Below are positions 19,536 through 38,489 of a stretch of 64,000 nt of DNA, piece by piece (position 1 is the first letter of the stretch; each line of letters opens with the position of its first letter). Position numbers and translations under genes: made by a program. Below the pieces are notes generated by a model, which was not told where the DNA came from, did not search any database, and saw only the letters and a list, made by a program, of their open reading frames with translations. Source of the DNA: an uncultured Gemmatimonadales bacterium (GTDB taxonomy: Bacteria > Gemmatimonadota > Gemmatimonadetes > Longimicrobiales > Longimicrobiaceae); contig OY970303.1 of assembly GCA_963716255.1 (NCBI GenBank), forward strand, positions 288,001 to 352,000, in the 5' to 3' direction.

Positions 19536-20924
19536 CTAGCGGGCGGGCGACTCGCCGGGGGGGCGGCGCTTCCAGAACCAGAAGACGGGGATCCCCAGCA
19601 GGATCACGCCGAAGCCGAAGAGCGTCTGCCCCGGCTCCTCCACGACGGCGTTGGCGAGCATGGCCACGGAGGCGAGGAGGAAGACCAGCGGCACCACCGG
19701 ATACCCCCAGGCTCGGTAGGGACGCTCCAGGTCGGGGCGGCGGCGGCGCAGCAGGAACACGGCGCCCACGGCCAGCGCGTAGAAGGGCCAGATCCCCAGG
19801 ATGAAGGCGTCGGCCAGCTGCTCGAAGGAGCGGATGGACACGTAGCCGATCCCCAGCGCCGCGGCGAGCGCGATGGCGGCGAAGGGGGTGCGGAAGCGCG
19901 GGTGCACCGCGGCGATGGGGCGGAAGAAGAGCCCGTCGTCCGCCATGGCGTAGAAGATCCGCGGACCCGTCATGGTGGAGCCGTTCAGCGCCCCGAAGGC
20001 GGAAAGCATCACCATGGCCGCCACGATGGCGGCGCCCGCCTGCCCGAACACCGTGCGCGCCGCGTCCGCGGCCACCAGCGGCCGCCCCGCCATCTCGGAG
20101 ACGGGGAGCACGTACAGGTACGCGGCGTTGACCACCAGGTAGATGGCGATCACCGCGGCGGTGCCGCCCAGCAGCGCGCGGGGCAGCACCCGGGCGGGGT
20201 CCTTGACCTCGCCGGCCACGAAGGTGAGGTCCGCCCACCCGTCGTACGCCCACATCACCGCCACCAGCGCGATCCCGAAGCCGCCCCACGTGGTCGGCGA
20301 CCACTCGATGGGCGACGCGAGCGCGCCCGCCGAGCCGTCGCCCAGGAAGAAGGCCGCCGCGGCGAGCCCCACCAGCGTCACGGCCTTGGCGAGGGTGGAC
20401 GCGTTCTGCACCAGGGCGCCCCACTTCACCGACAGGATGTTGGCGGTGGCGAGCGTCACGATGGCGCCGGCCGCCACCGCCTTGACCCCCGTCTCGGTGA
20501 TGGGGACGAAGGTCTGCACGTACTCGGCGAAGAGCATGGCGATCCCCCCCAGCGCGGAGGGGCGGATCACCAGCAGCTCCGTCCACCCGAAGAGGAAGGC
20601 GGGGAGCGGCCCGTACGCCTCGCGCAGGAACACGTAGATCCCCCCGGAGCGCGGGAAGAGCGCCGCCAGCTCGGCCAGCGTCAGCGCGCCGAAGAGGGCG
20701 ATGACCGCGCCCAGCACCCACAGCATGATCATGGCGCCCACCGTCCCCACGTCCGCCGCCACGCTGCTGGGAACGCGGAAGATGCCGCTCCCGATGGTGG
20801 AGCCCACCAGCACGGCGACGGCGCTCCAGAACCCCAGACGGCGCGGCAGCGCGTCGCCGTGCGGGTGGCCGGACGGGTCGAGGATCTGGGTAGTGTCGGG
20901 GAGAGGGGGGGTGGGTCGGCTCAC
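19536..20924 (-). CDS. APC-family amino acid permease
   Basis: GSTIGSGIF, AELAALFPRSGGIYVFL, WAYDGW and GPRIFYAMADDG; many TM helices; start approximate. Confidence 0.93.
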   Translation of the reverse strand: MSRPTPPLPDTTQILDPSGHPHGDALPRRLGFWSAVAVLVGSTIGSGIFRVPSSVAADVGTVGAMIMLWVLGAVIALFGALTLAELAALFPRSGGIYVFLREAYGPLPAFLFGWTELLVIRPSALGGIAMLFAEYVQTFVPITETGVKAVAAGAIVTLATANILSVKWGALVQNASTLAKAVTLVGLAAAAFFLGDGSAGALASPIEWSPTTWGGFGIALVAVMWAYDGWADLTFVAGEVKDPARVLPRALLGGTAAVIAIYLVVNAAYLYVLPVSEMAGRPLVAADAARTVFGQAGAAIVAAMVMLSAFGALNGSTMTGPRIFYAMADDGLFFRPIAAVHPRFRTPFAAIALAAALGIGYVSIRSFEQLADAFILGIWPFYALAVGAVFLLRRRRPDLERPYRAWGYPVVPLVFLLASVAMLANAVVEEPGQTLFGFGVILLGIPVFWFWKRRPPGESPAR

Positions 20925-21222
20925 GGTGCGCTCGGGGCGAAGGGTGCGGAGCGGGAGGACGCGCGGCGGCTGTGGGACGTGTGGGCGCAATCTAACGCTC
21001 CGCCAGGGCGGCCGGACAGGGTGGCGGAAGCCGGAAGGGCCGCCCACGTCGTGGAGCGGCCCCTCGGGTTCTGCGCGAGTGGTCGGGCGCGGGGGTGCTC
21101 TCCGGAAAGAGTTAATCCCCCTCCCCGCCACCACACCCCCAACTCTTTCCTCCGGTCACCCCCGCACCCTCCCGGCGAGCATCCCTGAACGGCGACGTCC
21201 CCCGTCGTCAGTAGTTGTAGTG

Positions 21223-21265
21223 CTCCCCCTCTCCCGCTTGCGGGGGAGGGGGCCGCGGGGAGGGG
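21223..21265. repeat. family C palindromic element (subtype b), extragenic copy
   Basis: CTCCCCCTCTCCCGCTTGCGGGGGAGGGGGCCGCGGGGAGGGG; matches 61020-61062 inside the NRPS. Confidence 0.8.
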
Positions 21266-21275
21266 TCCTGCCGTC

Positions 21276-21404
21276 GCGTGAGGGATTTCGGCCCGAAGGG
21301 GCGAGACCCGGCGGCAGTTTGCCGGGGCTCGACTCCGTTGGGCTGCGTTGTTTGCAGCCCTACGGAGCCGAAGCCCGACCCCGGCGCCAGCCGGGGGCAC
21401 GCCC
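21276..21404 (-). repeat. family A structured repeat, copy 5
   Basis: 11 nt after the peptidase stop; reverse complement of copy 3. Confidence 0.95.
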
Positions 21405-21415
21405 AAACCCAGCTG

Positions 21416-23608
21416 TCAAAGATTCTGCTCCAGCCAGTTCGTCAACATCGTGAACAGGTGGAGCTGCGTCTGCGCCCCCGAGATGCCGTGGTTCTTGCCC
21501 GGGTACATCATGAACGAGAACTGCTTCCCCACCCCCTGGAGCGCGGTGGCCAGCTGCACCGAGTTCTGGAAGTGCACGTTGTCGTCCGCCGTGCCGTGCA
21601 CCACCAGGTAGCTGGCCGTGATCCCCGCCACGTGCTTGAGAATGGAGGTGGAGTCGTACCCGGCCGGGTTGGCCTGCGGGGTGCCCATGAAGCGCTCGGT
21701 GTAGATGTTGTCGTACAGCCGCCAGTCGGCGACCGGGGCCACCGAGATCCCCGCCTTGTACAGCCGCCCGCCGCGGGCCAGCGACAGCCCGGTGGTGAAC
21801 CCGCCCCCGCTCCACCCCCACATGCCGATGCGGCCGGCGTCCACGTACGGCTGCGCGGCCATGTAGCGGGCCGCCGTCATCAGGTCGTCGGTGGCGGTCA
21901 CGCCGTGGCTCAGGTAGCCGGACTTTTCCCAGGCGCGGCCGCGGTTGGAGGTGCCGCGGGTGTCCACGCTCACCACCACGTACCCCTTCTGCGCCAGGAG
22001 CATGTGCCACAGGTTGCGGCTCCCGCCCCAGGAGTCGGCCACCGTCTGCGCGCCGGGGGTGCCGTACACGTAGAAGAGCACCGGGTACTTCCTGGAGGCG
22101 TCGAAGTTGGCGGGCCGGAACATCATGGCATTCATCTCCGCGCCGCCCTGGGTGGGGATGCGGAAGAACTCCGGCTGGCCCACCCCGGCCGCGGCCAGGT
22201 TGGCCTGCACCCGCTGGTTGTCCGAGAGGCTGCGGACCAGCGTGCCGTCGGTGCGGAAGAGACGGCTCGACGGGCTGGTGGCGGCGCGCGAGTACACGTC
22301 CACGAAGGTGCGCCCGTCGGGGCTGACGCTGGTGGAGTGGGTGCCGGGCTCGCGGGTGAGCTTCTGCACGGCGCCGCCGTCCAGCTTGACGCGGAACAGG
22401 TGGCGCTCGGCGGCGTTGCCCCCGGTGCCGGTGAAGTACACCCAGCCGCCGCGCTCGTCGACGCGGTCCACGGAGGTGACGTCCCAGGCGCCCGGGGTGA
22501 GCTTGCGCACCAGCCGGCCGTCGCGGCCGTACAGGTAGAGCTGGTTGTAGCCTTCGCGCTGGCTGGTCCAGAGGAGCTGGCTCCCGCCGCGCACCAGCAT
22601 GAGGTCGTCGTCCACGTTGACCCAGGCCGAGTCGGTGTCGCTGAAGAGCGTGCGGCTGCGGCCGGTGCCCACGTCCGCGAGCAGGACGTCGATGCGGTTC
22701 TGCGCGCGGTTCATGCGCTGGATCACCAGCTCGGTGGGCGAGGCCGCCCACGACATGCGCGCCAGGTACTCGCCCTCGCCGGTGTCCATCCAGCGGGTCT
22801 CGCCGCCGGCCACGTCCACCACCCCGATCTTCACCTGGCTGTTGGGCTCGCCCGGCTTGGGGTAGTGAAGCGCCACGGGGACGGAGTAGCGGCCGGTGTC
22901 GTTGAGCCAGCTCTGCACGGGGACGCGGCTCTGGTCCAGCCGCCAGAAGGCGATGCGCCTGCCGTCGGGGCTCCAGCGCCACCCGTCCTGCACGCCCAGC
23001 TCCTCCTCGTACACCCAGTCGAAGGTGCCGTTGATGACGTTGTCGCCGCCGTCGCGGGTCAGCTGCGTCTCGCGCCCGGTGGCCAGCTCCACCACGTACA
23101 GGTTGTTGCCGCGGACGAAGCCCACGCGCGTCCCGTCGGGGGAAAGCTTGGCGAACTGCTGCCACCCCTCGCCGCGGCTGACCGGGGCGAGGCGCCCGGC
23201 CTGCTGGTCCCACACGTAGTAGGTGCCCTTGGTGCGCTGCCGCCAGACCTGCTGCGAGTTGGTGTAGACGAGCGCCCGCTGCCCGTCGGCCGACCAGGCG
23301 ATGTCCTCCACGTCCACGGGCTCGGCCTGCCCCTCGGCCACCAGGCGGGAGCCCTGCACCAGGCGCTCGCGCTTGCCGTCGTCGATCCCCACCGTCCACA
23401 CGTCGCTTGCGCGCGACTGGGGGTCGGCCTCGACGACGACGAAGCTCCGGCCGTCCGCCGACCACTGCGGGTAGAACGCGCCCCCGGAGAAGTCGCGGGA
23501 GGTGAAGATGCGCTCGAGGGTGAGCTGCTGCGCGGACGCCGCGGGCGCCGCCGCGAGGACCGCGACCGCGGAGATGCCGGCGGCTGCGGAGCGGAACCGG
23601 ATCGTCAT
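21416..23608 (-). CDS. dipeptidyl peptidase IV-like S9B peptidase, secreted
   Basis: Signal peptide; DWVYEEE, YPKPG, GWSGGG (Ser), DDNVH (Asp) and NHGI (His). Confidence 0.95.
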   Translation of the reverse strand: MTIRFRSAAAGISAVAVLAAAPAASAQQLTLERIFTSRDFSGGAFYPQWSADGRSFVVVEADPQSRASDVWTVGIDDGKRERLVQGSRLVAEGQAEPVDVEDIAWSADGQRALVYTNSQQVWRQRTKGTYYVWDQQAGRLAPVSRGEGWQQFAKLSPDGTRVGFVRGNNLYVVELATGRETQLTRDGGDNVINGTFDWVYEEELGVQDGWRWSPDGRRIAFWRLDQSRVPVQSWLNDTGRYSVPVALHYPKPGEPNSQVKIGVVDVAGGETRWMDTGEGEYLARMSWAASPTELVIQRMNRAQNRIDVLLADVGTGRSRTLFSDTDSAWVNVDDDLMLVRGGSQLLWTSQREGYNQLYLYGRDGRLVRKLTPGAWDVTSVDRVDERGGWVYFTGTGGNAAERHLFRVKLDGGAVQKLTREPGTHSTSVSPDGRTFVDVYSRAATSPSSRLFRTDGTLVRSLSDNQRVQANLAAAGVGQPEFFRIPTQGGAEMNAMMFRPANFDASRKYPVLFYVYGTPGAQTVADSWGGSRNLWHMLLAQKGYVVVSVDTRGTSNRGRAWEKSGYLSHGVTATDDLMTAARYMAAQPYVDAGRIGMWGWSGGGFTTGLSLARGGRLYKAGISVAPVADWRLYDNIYTERFMGTPQANPAGYDSTSILKHVAGITASYLVVHGTADDNVHFQNSVQLATALQGVGKQFSFMMYPGKNHGISGAQTQLHLFTMLTNWLEQNL

Positions 23609-23722
23609 GACGTTCCCTGTTGGGGTGAGGTCGCCGGGCCGGGAAGCGATACGAGGCCGGGCGGGGTGCTGACAGAATGCAGCGTGGTACGAGGAAACGC
23701 CAGGGAGGTTCCCCGGGGAGAA

Positions 23723-23754
23723 CGAAGTGCGAAAGTGCGGGAGTGCGAAAGTGC
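23723..23754. repeat. 4x 8-bp tandem repeat NNNAGTGC
   Basis: CGAAGTGC GAAAGTGC GGGAGTGC GAAAGTGC. Confidence 0.7.
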
Positions 23755-23850
23755 GGAGGGGGAGCGGCGGAAAATCCGGACGATGCAGGATGGTGCACCA
23801 CCGGTGCAGAATGGTGCAGCGGCCCGTTAGGGCGCGGCAGATGCGAAAGC

Positions 23851-23878
23851 GGCACCGGGCGGAGGTCCGCCCGGTGCC
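23851..23878 (-). terminator. GC-rich hairpin, probable terminator
   Basis: GGCACCGGGCGGA-GG-TCCGCCCGGTGCC perfect stem, followed by GCTTT on the minus strand. Confidence 0.55.
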
Positions 23879-23916
23879 GCTTGTACCTGCTGTAGCCTGC
23901 TGTCCACCGCGGCCCC

Positions 23917-24044
23917 GCGTGAGGGATTTCGGCCCGAAGGGGCGAGACCCCGCGCAGTTTGCGGGGGCTCGACTCCGTTAAGCAGCGTTGTTTGCTGCTT
24001 TACGGAGCCGAAGCCCGACCCCGGCGCCAGCCGGGGACACGCCC
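23917..24044 (-). repeat. family A structured repeat, copy 6
   Basis: Same scaffold with its own stem, AAGCAGC-GTTGTTT-GCTGCTT. Confidence 0.95.
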
Positions 24045-24100
24045 GAACCGCCGTAAAAAGCCGTTCAGCCGTGCCGTTCTACAGGACGCGACTCAAGAGC

Positions 24101-25042
24101 TCAGTGCCCGTTCGCGTGCCCCTCGGGGTGGTGGTACGGGTCCAGCCCCTCGCCGCTGTAGCCCGCGGCGCCCGGGCCCTGCCCGACCTTGCCCACGCGG
24201 TTCGGGATGGTGATGGCCACGTCGCCGACGTTGTTGTCGTAGCGGGCTTCCTTGAACATGTGGCAGAAGCCGTTGGAGTCCTTGACCGGGCACACCTCGC
24301 CGGCCTGCGCGGTGAACGGCGGGTTGGCCGTCACGCGGATGATGTAGTTGCCGGGCGCCACGGGCTCGTTGGGATCGCTGAGCAGGAAGAGCTGCCCGGG
24401 CAGCCGCTTCACGTACTCGTCGCCGAAGTTGGTGGAGATGCCCTGGTTGCCGTGGATGGTCAGGTTGCCGCAGTTCATGTAGTAGCGGGCCTTGGGCTGC
24501 TGACTCGGCGTGCTGTTGGCCAGCGGGGTGGTGTCCAGCATGCAGAAGCCGCGCTTGCGCGACTGCACCGGCGTGCCCAGCGAGCCGTCGGCGTTGATCT
24601 TGATCAGCTCGTAGGTGGCGTAGTTGCGGAAGTGGAAGTGCGCGTGGCACGAGGCGAACTCGAACAGGCCGTCCTGGTCGGAGAAGTTGCCGTCGCCGTT
24701 GGGATCCATGTGCTTGAGCGGGTCGCCCACGAACAGGTCGGCGTCGCCGACGTTGTTGATGAGCACGGAGAAGCGCAGCGACTTGTGCGTGCCGGTGGGG
24801 ATGTTCCCCTCCTCGACGCTGCACTGCCCCTGCACGAAGTCCTCCTCCACCACCAGCCAGGAGGTGCGGATCTTCTCGGTGTCCACCACCAGGTCCGGGG
24901 TCCCGACCAGGTCCTGCACGGCGGCCTTGGAGGGAGGCGCGGGCGAGGTGAGCTTGCTGGCCTCGTCAACGTTGCAGGCCGCGAAGGCCATAAGAATAAA
25001 CGTACCGGCGGCGCCCGCCAGCACTGCGGTGTTCCTGCGCAT
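24101..25042 (-). CDS. lysyl oxidase-like lipoprotein
   Basis: Lipobox FAAC; LRFSVLINNVG, ASCHAHFH (Cu site), KRGFCMLD and QGISTNFGDEY match the LOX catalytic-domain pattern; GGAGG RBS. Confidence 0.8.
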   Translation of the reverse strand: MRRNTAVLAGAAGTFILMAFAACNVDEASKLTSPAPPSKAAVQDLVGTPDLVVDTEKIRTSWLVVEEDFVQGQCSVEEGNIPTGTHKSLRFSVLINNVGDADLFVGDPLKHMDPNGDGNFSDQDGLFEFASCHAHFHFRNYATYELIKINADGSLGTPVQSRKRGFCMLDTTPLANSTPSQQPKARYYMNCGNLTIHGNQGISTNFGDEYVKRLPGQLFLLSDPNEPVAPGNYIIRVTANPPFTAQAGEVCPVKDSNGFCHMFKEARYDNNVGDVAITIPNRVGKVGQGPGAAGYSGEGLDPYHHPEGHANGH

Positions 25043-25339
25043 CTTTCCTCCCTGAGGAATTGTGAGGGGATGATCCCCGTGGACCCCCGCGAACGCGGGT
25101 GGTACGCTGCAAAGTGGTGCACCGCTCTCCGCGGAGATCCGGCGGCCGGGCGGACCCGGAGCACGCGGACGATTCCCCGGCTGGCGTGCGCCGGGCGGTG
25201 CAACCACTTCTTTGGATTGAGCTTACGGCCTGCTGTGAAGGCGAGGCCGAACGGTGGAGCGGGAACCTCTGGCGATGAAAACGCGGCTCGAAATGCTGCC
25301 GAGACGCTGGAACAGTCGCAAACTCTGCGCCTGAAATCG

Positions 25340-25375
25340 CGAGGGCTCCGTTCCCATCCGGGAACGGAGCCCTCG
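25340..25375 (-). terminator. 16-bp stem hairpin at the end of the NRPS operon
   Basis: CGAGGGCTCCGTTCCC-ATCC-GGGAACGGAGCCCTCG, 20 nt after stop 25396. Confidence 0.7.
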
Positions 25376-25395
25376 TGCATTCGGCCCGCGTGCGC

Positions 25396-35092
<9,697 letters not shown>

Positions 35093-35105
35093 CTGCCTTG
35101 TCGGT

Positions 35106-38100
35106 CTACTGCGGGGAATTCCTGCGCGCGACGCCGCGGCGCGCCTGTCTCGCGATGGGGCCGGTCTGGTCCGCGGAGGAGCCGGCGGCGAGCAGGCCGT
35201 CGACCCGCCGCGCAAGCGCCTCCACCGTGGGGTTGTCGAACAGGTCGGCCACCGGCAGCTCCACCCCGAAGTCGTGGCGGACGCGGGAGACCACCTGGGT
35301 CGCCAGCAGCGAGTGCCCGCCAAGGTCGAAGAACGTGTCGCGCACGCCCACGCGCCCGACGCGCAACACCTCCCGCCAGGTCGCCGCGAGCCTCGCCTCC
35401 GTGGGGGTACGAGGCGCGACGTACGTGTCCTCGGCGGAGTCCAGCCCGGGCGCGGGGAGCGCGCGCCGGTCCAGCTTGCCGTTGGGGGTCAGCGGAAGCT
35501 CCCCCAGCGGCACCAGCGCCGCCGGCACCATGTGCTCCGGCAGGCGGGCGCGCAGCCACTCGCGCAGCTCCGCCTCCGCCGGCGCCGCGCCGTCCGCGCC
35601 GACGACGTAGCCCACCAGGCGCCGCTCCCCCGGCCCGTCCTCCCGCGCGACCACCGCCGCGGCGCGCACCCCGGGGTGTGCCCCCAGCACCGCCTCCACC
35701 TCCCCCGGCTCCACGCGGAAGCCCCGCACCTTGACCTGCTGGTCCGCGCGCCCCAGGAACTCCAGCGCCGCCTCCTCCGACCACCGCACCCGGTCGCCGG
35801 TGCGGTACAGCCGCTCCCCCGGCGACCCCGCGTAGGGGTGCGGGACGAAGCGCTCCGCCGTCAGCCCCGGGCGACCCAGGTACCCGCGGGCCAGCCCGGG
35901 GCCGGACAGGTACAGCTCGCCGGGGACGCCGGGGGGCACCGGCTCCAGGCGCGCGTCCAGCACGTACGCCCCGGTGTTCGCCACCGGGCGCCCCAGCGGC
36001 AGCGGCGCGGAACGGTCCTCGTCGCCGCGCACCGGGTGCCAGGTGGAGAAGGTCGTCCCCTCCGTGGGGCCGTAGCCGTTCACCAGCATCGCCGGCCCGC
36101 CCGTTTCCAGCACGGCCGCGGAGCGCGTGGCGTCCATCGCCTCGCCGCCCACGACCAGGTAGCGCAGCCCGGCGAAGGCGTCCGGACGCTCCCCGGCCAC
36201 CCGGTGGAAGAGCGAGGTGGGGAGGAAGGCCTGCGTCACCCCCTGCGCGCGCAGCGCCGCCGCCAGCGCGTCCGGGTCCAGCGCCGTCTCGCGGGGGATC
36301 CCCACCAGCCGCGCCCCGGACAGCAGCGCGCTCCACACCTCCCAGGTCGCCGCGTCGAAGGCGGCGTTGGAAACCTGCGCCACGCGGTCGTCCGGGCCCG
36401 CTTCCGTGTAATCCGTGTCGCGAACCAAGCGCAGGACACCCGCGTGCGTGACCGCGACGCCCTTCGGTTCCCCCGTGGAGCCGGAGGTGTAGATCACGTA
36501 CGCCAGCCCGTCCGGCTCCACGGGCGCCGCCGGGAGCTCCACCTCGTCCGCTTCAGGCACCAAAGCTGTCCCGAAAGATATCACCTCCACCCCGGCCGCG
36601 GGAAGCAGGTCCCGCAGGCTTTCCTGCGCCAGCAGCACGCGCGCGCCGCAGTCGCGCAGCATCCAGGCGAGGCGCTCCGCAGGGTGCTGCGGGTCCAGCG
36701 GGAGGTACGCCCCGCCCGCCCGCAGGATGGCCACCATGCCCACCACCATCTCCACCGAGCGGTCCAGCAGCAGCCCCACCCGCGCGTCCGGACCCACCCC
36801 CGCCGCGCACAGCCGGCGCGCCAGCGCGGCCGAGCGCCGGTCCAGCTCCCGGTAGGTCAGCGCCGCCTCGGGGTACGCCACCGCCACCGCGTCGGGCCAG
36901 CGCGCCGCCGCCTCCTCGAACAGTGCCACCACGGTGCGCCCCGCCGGCCACTCCGTCCGCAGCGGGGCGCCCGTGGCCAGCGCCGCCTCGCGCTCCACCG
37001 GCGTCAGCAGCGGCAGGTCGCGGAGCGGGCGCTCCGGGTCCGCGGCCATCGCCTCCAGCAGCGTCCCCCACTGCGCCAGCATGCGCCGCACCGCCGCGCC
37101 GCCGAAGCGCGCCGTGTCCCAGACGGCCCGCAGCGCCAGCCCCTCCCCCGGCGAGGCCACCACCGTGAGCGGGTAGCCGGTGCGCTCCTCCACCCGCGGG
37201 TCGCGGATCGCCAGCCGCCCGCCCGCCTCCCCCGCCCCGCCGCCCACCGGGTAGTTCTCGAAGGCCAGGATGCTCTCGAACAGGCGCTGCTCGCGGGGAA
37301 CCTCCGTCCACCCCTGCACCGCCGTGAGCGACACGTGCTCCCAGGCGCCGGCCTCCACCTGCCGCGCGTGCAATTCCGCGATCCAGGGGAGGAGCGGCGC
37401 GTCCTCGTCCACGCGGGCGCGCACGGGGAGCGTGTTGATGAACATCCCCACCATCTCCTCCACCCCCGCCAGCGCCGCCGGCCGCCCCGAGACCACGGCC
37501 CCGAACACCACGTCGTCCCGCCCCGAGAAGCGGGACAGCAGCAGCGCCCAGGCCCCCTGCACCAGCGCCCCCGGCGTGACGCGGGCGCGGCGGGCCAGCG
37601 CCGCCAGCGAGGCCATCGCCGCCGCGGGGAGCCGCACCGAAGCCTCGGCGTACCGCGACGGGTCGTCCGCGGCGCCGGCGGGGGCGGGCCGGTCGATCCC
37701 CAGCGGCGTGGGCGCCTCCACCCCGGCCAGGCGGGCGCGCCAGAACGCCTCCGCCGCCGCGGCGTCCCCCTCCCGCAGCCAGAGCACGTAGTCGCGGAAG
37801 GGGCGCGGGCGCGGCAGGCTCGTTTCGCGGCCGGCGCGCGCGTCCGCCTCGAAGGCGAGCACCTCGTCCAGCACGCGCGGCAGCGACCAGCCGTCCAGCA
37901 GCAGGTGGTGGAAGCTCCACTGCACGCGCCACTCGTCCGCGCCCGTGCGGATCAGCGCCAGGCGCATCAGCGGCGCCGCCAGAAGGTCGAAGCCGCGGCG
38001 ACGGTCCTCCGCCAGGAAGTCCTCCAGCTCCCGCTCGCGCGCGTGCGGCGCGAGGCCGCTCCAGTCCAGCGTTTCCACGGGAATCGCCACGCGGCGCTGC

Positions 38101-38339
38101 ACCACCTGCACCGGCTCCTCCATCTCCTCCCACGCGAACGCCGTCCGCAGCACCGGGTGCCGCTCCGCGACCCGCTGCCAGGCGCGCGCGAAGGCCTGCG
38201 GGCCGAAGGCGGGATCGCGCACCGTGAACCCCACCTGCTCCACGTACGCGCCGGAGCCCGGGGCGTAGACGGTGTGGAACAGCATCCCCTGCTGGAGCGG
38301 GGTGAGCGGGTAGATGTCCTCTACGTCGGGCCGGCTCAT
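35106..38339 (-). CDS. single-module NRPS C-A(Val-like)-T
   Basis: HHLLLDG, YTSGSTG and GGHS; pocket read by eye as DAWFVGGTFK. Confidence 0.93.
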   Translation of the reverse strand: MSRPDVEDIYPLTPLQQGMLFHTVYAPGSGAYVEQVGFTVRDPAFGPQAFARAWQRVAERHPVLRTAFAWEEMEEPVQVVQRRVAIPVETLDWSGLAPHARERELEDFLAEDRRRGFDLLAAPLMRLALIRTGADEWRVQWSFHHLLLDGWSLPRVLDEVLAFEADARAGRETSLPRPRPFRDYVLWLREGDAAAAEAFWRARLAGVEAPTPLGIDRPAPAGAADDPSRYAEASVRLPAAAMASLAALARRARVTPGALVQGAWALLLSRFSGRDDVVFGAVVSGRPAALAGVEEMVGMFINTLPVRARVDEDAPLLPWIAELHARQVEAGAWEHVSLTAVQGWTEVPREQRLFESILAFENYPVGGGAGEAGGRLAIRDPRVEERTGYPLTVVASPGEGLALRAVWDTARFGGAAVRRMLAQWGTLLEAMAADPERPLRDLPLLTPVEREAALATGAPLRTEWPAGRTVVALFEEAAARWPDAVAVAYPEAALTYRELDRRSAALARRLCAAGVGPDARVGLLLDRSVEMVVGMVAILRAGGAYLPLDPQHPAERLAWMLRDCGARVLLAQESLRDLLPAAGVEVISFGTALVPEADEVELPAAPVEPDGLAYVIYTSGSTGEPKGVAVTHAGVLRLVRDTDYTEAGPDDRVAQVSNAAFDAATWEVWSALLSGARLVGIPRETALDPDALAAALRAQGVTQAFLPTSLFHRVAGERPDAFAGLRYLVVGGEAMDATRSAAVLETGGPAMLVNGYGPTEGTTFSTWHPVRGDEDRSAPLPLGRPVANTGAYVLDARLEPVPPGVPGELYLSGPGLARGYLGRPGLTAERFVPHPYAGSPGERLYRTGDRVRWSEEAALEFLGRADQQVKVRGFRVEPGEVEAVLGAHPGVRAAAVVAREDGPGERRLVGYVVGADGAAPAEAELREWLRARLPEHMVPAALVPLGELPLTPNGKLDRRALPAPGLDSAEDTYVAPRTPTEARLAATWREVLRVGRVGVRDTFFDLGGHSLLATQVVSRVRHDFGVELPVADLFDNPTVEALARRVDGLLAAGSSADQTGPIARQARRGVARRNSPQ

Positions 38340-38353
38340 CGTGTCGTGCTCCG
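35449..38353 (-). repeat. near-identical duplicate of 52091-54995
   Basis: Direct repeat at offset 16642, including RBS and start codon. Confidence 0.95.
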
Positions 38354-38489
38354 CAGGGCCCGCTGGCCGGCAGTAACAGAGCGGCGCGCCACCCGCTCCG
38401 GCGGCGCGCCGCCGTCCGGCGCCTCCTCCGCCCGGGAGAGGTGTGCGGCGGCGGGCCTCTGCGGAAACCTGCGCATCTGTCCTGTCGGT

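Noticed and set aside
20925..21222. Possible riboswitch upstream of the amino acid permease
   Set aside because: Hairpins exist (GGAAAGAGTT/AACTCTTTCC), but I cannot match glycine, lysine, SAM or T-box consensus; cmscan would be needed.
21805..21822. GWSGGG instead of GWSYGG in the S9B peptidase
   Set aside because: The catalytic Ser, Asp and His are intact, and this variant is common in bacterial homologs.
25200..25339. Lower-GC stretch between the NRPS terminator and the LOX-like gene
   Set aside because: It has no recognisable RNA or repeat structure and is most likely promoter DNA.
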